DNA of 54,018 nt, counting the filler, from Sphacelaria rigidula (lineage: Eukaryota), in assembly GCA_964200075.2 (NCBI GenBank). It is 3 parts of 3 records of this genome, joined end to end, with 100 filler letters (N's around TTAATTAATTAA, not from the genome) between each part and the next. Parts side by side here need not be neighbours in the genome. Positions count along the whole stretch, not along the records: positions 1 to 17,943 come from CAXNAA020000958.1; positions 18,044 to 35,983 come from CAXNAA020000959.1; 1 more part is not named here. One strand, 5' to 3'. Positions 11,545-23,058 of this stretch are shown one piece after another. The notes under the pieces are model-generated. The model was not told the origin of the DNA. It did not search any database and was given only the letters and a program-made list of their open reading frames with translations. Numbering within the stretch: the stretch's first letter is position 1; each line of letters begins with the position of its first letter. The position numbers were made by a program, and so were the translations under genes.

Positions 11545-12168
11545 CTTGTACGGATTGCTCTGCACTCGTATAGCTTGTTTCTTCGCCGTTCCCTCTGCTT
11601 CGGTAAGGTCTGCCGCGGTGGAAAACCCAACAGGGACGAGAGCAGAGGGGATGCGAAGGTTATGATCAAGCGAGAATTTTTCGCATCAAGTGTGTAGTTC
11701 AGTACGAGTATCGAAAGGTGTCGTGAGGATATTGCAGAGAGAAACGTGGGGTGTGGGATGAACAGGTTTTGGGGCGTTATAATCAGTAGTAGGCAAAAGT
11801 ATGGGGCGCCGTTGTGCATACTCGCATCACGGCCCCCTCGCGTGGATCATGATAGCGTGCAGTTCGTTCTAGATTCCAGTGAAAAGCACGAGTACACGTG
11901 CCGTCAGGTTGAATCCAAATGCACTGAACAGACGAGCTCCGTCTTTCGCAACACATAGTTGAGTGCCGCAAGTGTGGAAGTGGGGAGTCGACGAGAGAAT
12001 GACAGGAAACTCTCGAGGCTCCTTCCCATGTAAGCAGCATCGTATCTCAAGTGCAGTCTCGTGCGTCCTTCACCCTCCTTTCACTTGACCGGCACTGGTG
12101 AGTATGTGCGGGCTCCTCCCGCTGGTCCGCATGTTGAACGACGGTTAGCCGGTGGAGCAACAAAAACT

Positions 12169-12249
12169 GGCGCGAAAGATTTTCCGTCTACTACAAATTT
12201 GTCAGCTTGATACCGTCCTCACAACGCAGGGACGACGATAAGCGCGAAT
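12169..12249 (-). promoter_or_regulatory. Putative E2F-binding sites upstream of RRM1
   Basis: TTTCGCGCC on minus strand at 12169-12177 and ATTCGCGC at 12242-12249 match the WTTSSCSS consensus. RNR genes are classical E2F targets in animals and plants. Confidence 0.5.
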
Positions 12250-13924
12250 TCGTGCCACTGACCACAGCGATGTTTTCGACATCCCCTACACAAGCCAATG
12301 TCGCCACGCGATAGTTTCATTTTGAACAGGGCGGTTTGGTGACACCAGCCACCTCACTCAATCGCCTCGCATGTACTGAAAAGTCTGCACTGACTGTTGC
12401 ACTGTAGCGTGCCTGAACGAATTCAAATTTCTCGCGATCGCGCAATTTTTTCAAAAATGGCACGCGTGGACCATCACCCGGTGTAGAAGAGAAGACAGCG
12501 CTCAACTCTCCCGACCTGAACTTCGAACACACTGCACTCACTACAGCCCTGCGCCCTATCAGCGCCCCTCGTTCATTGCTGAGTGGCTCAGGACGTGCAC
12601 AGTCGACACTGGATGCCTAGTGCCAGCGTGCTTCACTGGGGTGCGATCAGGACCCCAGCTTGACCAGCCGTCCAGCATCGGACCCAAATTCGTCACAGGA
12701 AGTGCAGGCCCATGCCATGACGTACGGTATGTGCAGTTGTTACACTGACAGTACAAGCCTCATTAGTTGATGGCTGTGGGAGAGGCGGGTCAACACAGAC
12801 CGACATAGTGCAGGATGTGCCTGTGAGGCGCGCTGTTCAGAGACCTTGCGTGAGTTCGCGGCACAGTAGCACAGCAACGCTGTCTCACAGCCAGGCGAGT
12901 GCCGACGATAACCCGTTGAAATCCACGGTACCACGTCAAAACCGTAAACACGCACAAACATTGGAACCGACGAAACACACAACGCAGTTGAAAGTGAATC
13001 GATCAACTGATGTCCGCCCATCACAGCCAGTGCAGCTAGTGCGTCTCAGAGGGGGTGGCTTGCCATTGCTGCGGATGCGAAGCACCTGGTGTTCCTGATC
13101 ATGCCGCTCGTGTACCAGTGCAACCGATTTTGCCTGTTGGCTTTTTCCGCAACAGGTCGTGCCCTAAATCCTACACACCCCTCCACACATAATCTGGATG
13201 TATGGCGTTACATACCTCCTTAGTGACCGAGGTAGAAGCGGAAGGTGATGCTTTCGAGGAAGTAGCCGAAGCTGAATGGCAGCGGGGAGTGAGCTCTTGT
13301 GGCGCGGTAACCCAGGTTTGCGGGCGACTGAGTGAACAAAAAATTGTCCAGAGGAGGCATTTATGGCCGAATTTGAATTGGAGTATGGCTACATATTTAC
13401 ATGGTATTAGATTATGGCAATATATACATCAAGTAGATCCATCATTATTGGATTGGAAATCAAAATGCAAAGGGCTTATCTTTGGCCAAAGGGTATGATT
13501 CTCGCTGCTGGAGTCATACCCGTTGTCTTGGGATCATGATAGCAAATAGCAGAGCTATGACATCATGACCCTTCGGCGGAGATGAGAGTATTTTAGTCCC
13601 ACACGTCGATACTGTTCATTGCATACAAGTATAGCATATCTACCCTTTATCCACCGGCTCCCTATGCCAGCTGCTGCTCTCTACTGCTTTCTTCCTGTGT
13701 TGAGGTCTGGATTTCCAGGTGGGTTCGGCTTCTTGTTCCGAAAAGTTGGTGCCATAGGACCGCCGAGCTCGTCGTATGAACCACATATGACATAGAGCCA
13801 TAGACAGTTAAGTTTAACACATGCCGGCGAGATTATCGGTTCTGCTTTCTGCACTCTTATTTCAGCGAACTTTAACTGCCGTCCTAGATTATCATCCTAG
13901 ACCTGAAATAAATCGTCGGGGTTC

Positions 13925-13959
13925 TTGCGTGTTGCGTGTTGCGTGTTGCGTTTTGCGTG
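13925..13959. repeat. (TTGCGTG)n heptamer repeat, about 5 units
   Basis: Directly visible tandem array. Confidence 0.85.
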
Positions 13960-15633
13960 GCTGTTGAACCCTGTTTGAAATATAACTTATTCCGAAAACC
14001 TACCTGAACGGTCTTGTCGACAGGTCATCAACACTTCAACTGTATCTATCGGGATGCGTCCGTTGGGGTTGGTTCAGAGACCCGTTTTTCTTTCGTTCAC
14101 TCCTAAAACTACAGTAGTGGGCGGTCTAACTCATCAGTATGTGGCATTTTGTTTTTTTCTCGTACTTAGTGATTTTCTGGGCTTTTTTTGCTTGCCGCCC
14201 CCATCACATCGGGGATCTGAAGATATTGGTATCCGCTCCACATTCCAAGAAAAAAGAATAAATCATCTGTACTCAATATTGAGTGACTTATGGGCTGACC
14301 GGTCATCGGGGGTCCTGCCACGTTTCAGCCCAGATTCCTACTCTTCTGTATTTTCGGCCGATCGAGCCCGTCCCGATCATATTTTCACAGAAATGTACAC
14401 TTTTTATTTTCTTGAAATTCTGCCTTCTCAGTGCACTAGGGCCGAAAAGCTGTGTTTCACGGTCAATAACACCCCCTGATGAACGGGATATTCACTCGTT
14501 TCGCCCGGTAACACCAACTAACACTGACTTGGGTACTGTGTTGCGAAGATGATCTTATTTTTGTACCAAATTCTACCGACGTCAGTAATTTCGAGTTTTA
14601 TCGAAGAGTAGCACGCGAGGAAAACCCCCAAACACCCTTAACTAGTTCGATCGCCCACTAATGTATAACTTTATTGTTGTTTCCCCACGTCTAGAAGAAA
14701 AAATTATAAACATATTGCTCGTGGTGAGTTGTGCTTGGTGGGGGATGCACTCTTTGAGCCGAAACTTGTCTAAGGTTTTTTCCACAGCCTGGACAGTAGA
14801 TTATAATAGTAGATTACGCTGTTATCCGTGAATGAAGGCCCTACCGTAGCGACCAGAAATCCGTGGGCAAAAGACAATGAAAAGAAACGCGAAGGGAAAA
14901 TGAGGAATAATGGAGACATCATACACTGGTGGGGCCTGTGCCGAACCTCTGCCGAACAGAACACACGCTCCATCCCAAGTTACCCACGTCTAGTATGCGA
15001 CAGCTGTGATGTTTTCATCGCGTTTTGCTCGAGACAAGAAGCAAACCGGCCCGCAGCACTTCACAACCCCCTCACACGCACTACACCTAGTCAGTCTAGC
15101 GGTGGAGTTGCTCAATTCGCCACAGCGGATCCGAAAAGCCCCAGAACGTTCAAGGAAACGCGTTTTTTAGTACATTTTGTGTGCGGTGCAGCGGTTTGCA
15201 AAGTGCTGTGACGTCTGCGGCACGCGTTATGAGAATCCGCAGCCACACTGACGAGTTCTGGTGTGTGGCAAGCGTACGCATCAAACCGCAGTCCAATCCT
15301 CTGCTTCGTTGTCGAGAAAACTGCGTTGAAAGATAGGCACAACAGCAACACGAGCAGCAGCTTCTATCCTCCTGTTGTAACCCTGTGTACAGTAGGGACA
15401 GCAACGTCAAAGGTTTGTTGTAGAGTGTAGTATGTATACATAGTAATAGTACATTCTGTATAAGAGTCGGTGTCATATGGAGTGACGTGTGTACTTGTGA
15501 TTGATACAGATTGGCTTATTCAGATTTTATTTCTTCTGCATTCAACTGATGGTGTAGTTAGTTAGTCCATTTCCCCGATATGTGGTGCCCAAAATTGGGC
15601 CCCATTCACGGGCATAACTGTCAAAAAGTGTGA

Positions 15634-16038
15634 GGGCAGGTCGGGTAGATTATACTCAATACTCGGTACTTATGAAAAGTCATACTTTTAGTACAGTACC
15701 CAAAATTCGAGTAGCGTATTTGAGGTGGTACTCAATCCACCCAAAATTTGAGTAGAGTATTTGAGGTAATACTTACATCGTATTGGGGTCATACCTAAGT
15801 GATACTCTATTATCAAGTATGCCTGAGAGTACTTACCCAAAATTCAATAGAGGATTTGAGGTCGTGCTCATTCTACCCGAAATTTGAGTGGAGTATGTGA
15901 GGTTATACTTGATCTACCCGAAAATTGAGGAGAGTATTGAGGTCATACCCAAGTGATACTCTATGCTCAAGTGTTACTGAGAGTACTCACCCAATACGGG
16001 GTAGAGTATTTGAGTTCGTACTCAATCTACCGAAAAAA

Positions 16039-16072
<34 letters not shown>

Positions 16073-17186
16073 ACCTTTACATTAAAAACCGTTCCGATAT
16101 CTGCGCGGTACATTCGCACTGAGCATCTGATGCGGACGCCTTCCGTGGTCACAGGCTAGCTACCTCTAATAAGGTATGAGGAAATCAGACAAAACAAAAA
16201 ATAACAAAATAGACCCAGATTGAAACTCACAAAACGCGATACAAGCAAAACAGGGATACATAATTGCTCCTGTTTGTTTTATTTTTATCGCGTTTTGGAC
16301 TTTCTGGCTTTTGCTAGCCCGGTGCTCGTCATTTATCACAGGCAGGTGCAACTCTCCTGCTCTCCGACTCTACTCCTTCTCGCTCCCGGTGTGCGTACCC
16401 ACGCGATGTGCAGCCCCTCCATTCCTGTCTAGACTGTCCCCACTGCGCTCTCCGCTGCTGCATAGCTCCGGTGTCCAGACCGGTGCTTTAGCGCTTAGCT
16501 GCATGCCGCCGCTCAGTTGTTCCGAAACGAAGCACACGCCACTCTCGTGATCGTGGTGCCTCTGATCTCCCTAACTTAGTCTCCCCGTCGATACAAGGCT
16601 CGGGCTCGTGTCTCTGCCGTCGTTGGATGATCTTTGGATGGTGGTCTAAGGTCACAGGCGGATTTCTGCCCACCCCAGTATGGGCAGTCAGGGGAAGGGG
16701 GCGGTATCTGAAAAAAGATGGTGCGATATGAGTTACACTGTGTCGCACGACCCCTGTATCTCCTATCGCCCCAACCTCAGAGTCCACGTCGACACGATGC
16801 TCGGGCTTGTGTCCCCTGCCTTTCCCTGCTCCGCCTTCGTTGGTTTGTTGGTCTTTGTTTGTGGTCTAAGATCACTAGCGGTCCTCGACCCGCCCCAGCA
16901 GGGGGCAGGCCAGGAGGAAGGGAAGTAAAAATTCAGTATAGTATTTGAGATCATACTCAATCTACCCAGGAGTTGCGTGAAGTATTGAGGCCGTACCCCA
17001 TCTACCCAAAATCTGAGTAGAGTATTTGAGGTCATACCCAATCTACCCGAAATTTGGGTAGAGTATGTGAGACCGGACGCAATGTACCAAAACCTTGGGT
17101 ATAACTTCATGATAGTACACTCAAGTTCGTACGCAAGATACCCAAACTGAGGTATAGTAAATACCCAGGTAGTCCTGGAGTTGCCC
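15634..17186. mobile_element. Non-autonomous DNA-transposon-like element built of ~40-bp subrepeats, interrupted by a retro-insertion at 16040-16926
   Basis: GGGCA...TGCCC termini with degenerate longer inverted similarity. The unit GAGTAGAGTATTTGAGGTCATACTCAATCTACCCGAAATTT repeats on both sides of the insertion. No clear TSD. Confidence 0.6.
16040..16926 (-). mobile_element. Non-coding retroelement carrying the RTE LINE 3' end and (CAA)n tail
   Basis: 16040-16265 is the reverse complement of the LINE 3' end (~20260-20478), including the (CAA)n tail. Flanked by AAAAAT direct repeats at 16034-16039 and 16927-16932. Confidence 0.72.
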
Positions 17187-17943
17187 ATACATGATTAGTG
17201 CTGATTCCCGATCAAACTTCAGCAATAGTTTGGATACAGGATATTGGAGAAAGCATTTGGATCATGACCAAATCGTACAAAACGAGGGTAGAATGAATAT
17301 TGGGGTGTTGTCGAAGGACGTTCGAATTGTACCGTGTAGTCTGGCATGGGGTACTGGAAATCGTAAAAGTCATACCGAAAGCATTGGTAGTCGAAGTATT
17401 GTCTGTACAGTAGTCCATACTCGGGCATGGTCCCCGGGTATCCGGACATGTCACTGGGTGTGTAACGCGTTCCACCCGCCTGCAAGTGAGAAAAGAGGAA
17501 AACAGCTGATACCGGAAGGATCATGAGGCACATGATGACTGCGCCACAGAACAAAATTCAGAATTCACAATCTGTCGAGCACAAAAAAAAACACGGAATC
17601 CAAACAACCTGTACAAGTGCAACTAGGCTCCTGATTTGACCCAGACGCTGAACGAGATTCGTATTTTTTCACCATTCCCCCTCGCTCCGCGGGGAAAAAC
17701 GTTCCATGATAATTAATCGCATTTCTACACAGCTCGGCTGGTGCCCCGCCCCTCACCCTCATATCGTGCCACCACCATTCCACGTCCTACGATACAAAAC
17801 AGTACAACATTCACAATCGTTTAGCATTGCCATCAACTCCTGCTGACTACTAAATACAAACAGTAACTCACCGTCCCCCCCCCCCCGTGCTCCGTCTCGA
17901 AAGGGATGCGTGGTCAATGGTCAAACAACTAAGGCAAGCAACA

Positions 17944-18043
17944 NNNNNNNNNNNNNNNNNNNNNNNNNNNNNNNNNNNNNNNNNNNNTTAATTAATTAAN
18001 NNNNNNNNNNNNNNNNNNNNNNNNNNNNNNNNNNNNNNNNNNN
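17944..18043. other. Assembly gap with artificial TTAATTAATTAA linker
   Basis: 44 N + TTAATTAATTAA (stops in all six frames) + 44 N; identical to the gap at 35984-36083. Confidence 0.95.
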
Positions 18044-20478
18044 CGCCTCACCCCTGACTGCGGTACTAGCCAGTCCCGCAATCAGCCCTCCGGGCGCGTA
18101 AGTCGTTTTGAATCGACGGCCCATCATCGTACTACCCTTATCCACCACGCCACGCCGCGATCCGTAACACAAATCGCTCACGCTGAACCCAGCCATCATC
18201 GAGGCGGTGAAGCAGCGACCAGCAGCTTCAACCACCGGTGATTCGGTACCACTTGGGGTAACACCAACCCTGGAGGAAACCACACGAGCAGTCCGGGGTA
18301 TGCACAACTAGAAAGCGCCAGGACACGACTCCCTTCCTGTGGAGCTACTCAAGATCAGCGGCCGCGTCGAACCCATCGTCCTCGAATGTTTCCATACCAT
18401 TCTCGTCAAGGTGTGGAACGGAGGGGAGGTCCCACAGGAGTGGAAAGATGCAACCATCAAGGTGATGTACAAGAAATCGGACTGGTACATCTGCAATAAC
18501 TACAACAGGGAGATCTCTCTAGTATCGCACGCAGGGAAAGTGCTCCTGAAGATAGTGGCCAACCGCCTCAGCGACTACTGCGAAATGCACGCGATAATAC
18601 CGGAAGAACAGTGCGGCTTCCGACCTGACCGATCCACCGTCGACATGCTCTTCGTAGTGCGCCGACTCCAGGAGCTGGGACGGCGGCAGAATACCGCTGT
18701 ACATGTGCTTCATCGACCTCCAGAGGGCATATGACTCGGTCGACCGAGAGCTTCTGTGGCACGTACTGGCCCGAGCTGGTGTTCCGGATGAGGTGATATC
18801 AGCTATTCGCCAATTCCACGACGGTATGCAGGCCCGCGTACGAACGACGGGGAGCTCTCGGAGTGGTTTGAAGTCACACATGGACTGCGACAAGAATGTG
18901 TGCTGTCTCCCATGTTGTTCAACATCTTCTTCGCGGCAGTGCTCGAGATAGCCCTCGTGCGATTCAGCGAGGACGATATCATCATCGAGGATATGGTGTA
19001 TCTCGATGAGGAGACGGGGAGGGGGGCGGAGACACCGCTGGAACGTGTACGGAGAGCGGTGTGGGGAATGCCGTATGCCGACGATGCCGGCATCGTCTCG
19101 AGATCTCCCGACGGACTGGCGAGGATGATGGCCATCATAGTGGACGTGTTTGGGGCCTTTGGATTGACCGTATTGGGGAAGAAGACGGAGACCTCTTGAT
19201 GCGAGTATCGAGGCAAGCATCGAAGAAGGGGGAGTCACCAGCACCATCTCCCCCACCGCTGATCATCGAAGCAGCGGGCCAGAAATACGCCCAGAAAAGT
19301 AGTGTCCGATACCTGGGCGGGCTCGTCAACGAAGAGGGCGAACTCAAGCAAGAAATCAACAATCCGAGCAGAGCAGCGTCGGCGTGCATCAGGAGGTTCT
19401 CCCGGGAGTTCTATGACCGACCGAAACCACCGTGGAGTTTCAAGGTCCGACTGCTGAAAGCGGAGGCGATGAAGGCCCTACTATATGGATGCATGACGTG
19501 GGCCCCGCACCGCGAACAATACGACTTGCTGAGAAAGGTACACCACTGGCTCCTTCTGCGAGTCATCGGGTACCGCCGAGTGCGCGGCACTTACAGGCCG
19601 CTCTCGTATGCGCAGACCCTCAAGAAGACCGGATGCCAAAGTGCCGAAGCCATCGTCCAGCAAACGACGACTGCTGTTCGCGGGAGCCCTAGCTAGACAA
19701 GCGGACGGACGACTACCGAAGCGAATAGCATTCGGAACACTAGTCGGGGGGGAGGATCCAGGACCAGGGTGCCCGGAAGAAAACTGACTGAAGTGCCTGA
19801 GGGACGATCTCCACGCTTTCGGAGCCACAGACAGATCTACGAACGACAACCGCCGAATATTTGGAATTGGCCGCGCCCTATGGCCCTCCGCAGCAAATAA
19901 GGAGGGGGGGTTGCCGTGGCACGCGGGATTCACAGCAATGACGACGGTCCAGAGAAGGGGAGGAGGGGGGTGAATTCCCCGATGAGGGGTGTCGTTATGT
20001 CATGCGGTGCTTGTCTTGATATGCCTGGTATGCTTGTACGTATGGCTGTCCCTCGAGAGGTCGAAAGATGGAACCTTGCGATTCTCAGTTCTTTGGTTGG
20101 TGGTATTTGGGTTTTGGGTTGCGCCCGTAGTCGGACTCTATGTTCATTTCTACTTGGCCTCGCGCGTACAGTTGGAATCCGGGCGCCACCCCCTTAAGTC
20201 GGAATGACCACCTGCAGCACCGGATCTTCTGAGGTTAGCCATATTGATCATCCTTCTTATTCATTGTATATTCCTGTTTTGTGTGTGTTGCGTTTGTGAG
20301 TTTTTTCTGGGTCTATCTTTGTTTTTTTGTTTGGTTTGATTTTCTCATACCTTATGATAGGTAGGTAACCTGTGACCACGGAAGGCGTCCGCAGAAGATG
20401 CCCAGTACGAATGTACCGCGCAGAATAGGGACGGTTTTTATTGTGAAGACTACTACAACAACAACAACAACAACAACA
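18044..20478 (+). mobile_element. RTE-clade LINE retrotransposon, decayed RT region plus 3' UTR (5' part lost in the gap)
   Basis: RT motifs across shifted frames: [96 protein letters not shown]. In-frame stop at 18308 and several frameshifts. Ends in a (CAA)n tail. Confidence 0.92.
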
Positions 20479-21382
20479 TTGTGCTGCTTGCAAACCCCAT
20501 ACACTGACTGCGAGAGTGTATGTCCACACGGCTGAGCTGTTGCGATGAAAGCATATACCTTCTTAGCGTCTACACGACAATCCTGAAAATCCCGTAGTCC
20601 CGTTCTGACCAAAAACAACAACAGCAACATCGAGATATAGCAGGGATATTGCCACAACAATACTCACGGTATATGGTGCTGTACTGGACTCTACAATACC
20701 GTCCAGGACAGCACCATACTGTGCAGATACGTGTTGTGGCCTATATACTACAGAGTTAGCGCGGCGTCATGCGCTATACCTATGACTATATAATGTGGAT
20801 ACATATCAGTTTGGATTCAGATATATGGGGGTGTTATGTACCGCCATGCAGCCGAATAAAGTATATCGTTATACATGTATAGGCCGCCTATGAATTGTGA
20901 CCACTGTGCACGGGCACAGCAGGGAGGTAGATTTGTTCACCCCATACTGGCTACAAAAATATCCGGGAGAGAAAACTTTCAACACAACATGGTTTTAGAG
21001 TACTCCCTCCCAAAACGGTCTGTTATTTTCGTGCTGAGGCTATTTTGAGTTGTTACGAGCTTGCTGGTCATAACTGCACAAATGCGATCAGCAGGGACGT
21101 ACCGTCACTCACAGGGCGATTTCCAGACTTTCTCTATTATGGTTGCATGCACTTGTTGCGTATCGTTTCGTTTCTTGAATAAGCGCTACTACTAGCAGAA
21201 GATCCTGGAAAATGGGGTTGAGCATTGAAATGGGGCTCAAGCCCCTTTCCGCAGTTCATATTCCTGCCCGGAAAGTTCTACCAACGCAAGCAACCTAGGA
21301 TACTTCTTTTCTGCTGAAACCTCCCCCGCCTTACCTTGTCGTACATTGCTGCTCCGGTTATACATATATATATATATATATA

Positions 21383-21972
21383 CTTCCTCTGTCTCATAAG
21401 TCTGTGCCGTTAGGTTCGCTTGATCGTTTGGGTATTTCAACGCTGGCGATCATCCTACAATTGGGTTCGCTAGAGAGATTACGCGCAGACGAAGCTGACT
21501 CAAGAAAAGAAGAAAAAAAAAATGTTTTCAATACTAAAATCAGGTCAAAATGTACCCCATTCTTCCCCTTTTTGGTCCACTTACACATCAATGTTGACCG
21601 ATTTTGGACGTTTTTACGTCGAGTACTCGCGAGTACGTGCTGAAAAATTGTTAGATGGGCGTGCGTAGGTTGACGTCACGGAGAAATCCAAATCAGTGGT
21701 GGTTTCGCGGTTTTCACATTTTTTTAACGATTTTCGCGATTCCCGGGTCTGTTATGCTTTACTGGGAAAAAAAGCGAAAAATGACCATATTTTGACCGAC
21801 CCATTTTTTCTCGGTCGCGAGGCTGCATGGGTCAAGCACCCACGTTGCAGAAGGAGTATTGTTTTTCGCTAAAACAAACGCCAACGAATGCAACCAAAAA
21901 ATCGAAAATCAAATCGGACATCGTTAAGGGCTCATACAAACATAACGGCACAGACTTATGAGACAGAGGAAG
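21383..21972. mobile_element. Stowaway-like (Tc1/mariner) MITE, 590 bp
   Basis: Perfect 30-bp TIRs CTTCCTCTGTCTCATAAGTCTGTGCCGTTA (21383-21412 / 21943-21972), flanked by TA on both sides within a (TA)n tract. Confidence 0.9.
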
Positions 21973-22571
21973 TATATATACGAGAGTTTCTGTGGCTTCG
22001 CCGCCACGAGCAGTGGATCGACAGCTAAGGTACATGAGCACCGGTGATAGCTGTGTGCGTTGTGTAATGGCAAAGGTCATACGTAGTTTGGACAAGAAGC
22101 CGCAGCAGCTCATGGACTGAGCATAGTATTAAATCTGGATCATGGATACTTCTATCGAGTGAAATTGATGCCACTTCAACAGATTGCCTCATTTTCTCGC
22201 CGTCAAATGGTTGACGGAGAGCGGCGGGAAAATGTTGTCGTATCTTCTAATTGTTTCATGAGCCAGATGTCGGTTCGATTTTCATGTGAAATCGATGCCG
22301 ATTCACAAAAAAAAAAACTTCTTTTGTTTCGTTTTCAGCCCGAAGGGCAACATGGATGATGAGTACGTACGAAGGCTCAACACAACGCATCACAATCAAC
22401 AGTGAACATGAGGATTGACCGCCCCCGCAAACCAAGAACCCATATAGTGGCAACGAATTTGACCGTTTGACCGCCATGATAGGTTATCTGTTATTAAATG
22501 GGCATCAGTTACTTGGACTTCACAAATTACAGCGTGGGCCGGACGACCTACCCTACCGGTCAAAGGATTAA

Positions 22572-22731
22572 CCCTTTCGGAACCGGATTCCCAGAAACAT
22601 GTTATTTGCACGCAGGGACCTTTCTATGAATCGACATCATTTCTAATAGTTTCCAACTAAAAATATTGCCGATTTATGGAAATGCCCCTGCGTGCAAACC
22701 ACATGTTTCTGGGATTCCGGTCCCAAAAGGG
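22572..22731. mobile_element. piggyBac-type MITE, 160 bp, almost entirely palindromic
   Basis: TTAA-CCCTTT...AAAGGG-TTAA; the arms pair imperfectly over ~70 bp. Confidence 0.85.
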
Positions 22732-22829
22732 TTAAGACAGTACAAATGAAGTGAAGTCGAGACCATGCGATATACATGCATGATAGTTGTGTGCGTTACG
22801 CGTACCGCAGAAGGAGGTCAACACAGGAA

Positions 22830-23058
22830 ATTCTGTGGTGGTCGCCTTTACCATTCCATCGCAAGAGGGGTTCAGCGGTCCCTTTCGCTCGTCGACCGCG
22901 AAATCGAATTATGTCTACCCACGACATACTGTAGTCGCCGTCCACTGTTGAACATGGTGTGAGATAAAATTCCAGATCGTATGACTACACTGAGATTCAA
23001 ACCCACGACTCAATCGTCACAAGGTTTGAGGGCTACCAACTGAGCCACCGGGGCGACC
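22830..23058 (-). mobile_element. tRNA-derived SINE, family A, copy 2
   Basis: Collinear with 2045-2280; A box TGGCTCAGTTGG, B box GGTTTGAATC on minus strand. Confidence 0.75.

Noticed and set aside
10504-11565. 353-aa ORF as a single-exon gene
   Set aside because: It reads through two in-frame introns of RRM1 and then goes out of frame; GT..AG sites and homology define the real exons.
16860-16926. HDV-like ribozyme at the 5' end of the RTE-tailed element
   Set aside because: Could not build the P1/P2/P3 nested pseudoknot by hand; only a simple hairpin is supported.
17944-18043. TTAATTAATTAA palindrome between N runs (also 35984-36083)
   Set aside because: Scaffolding linker, not biological.
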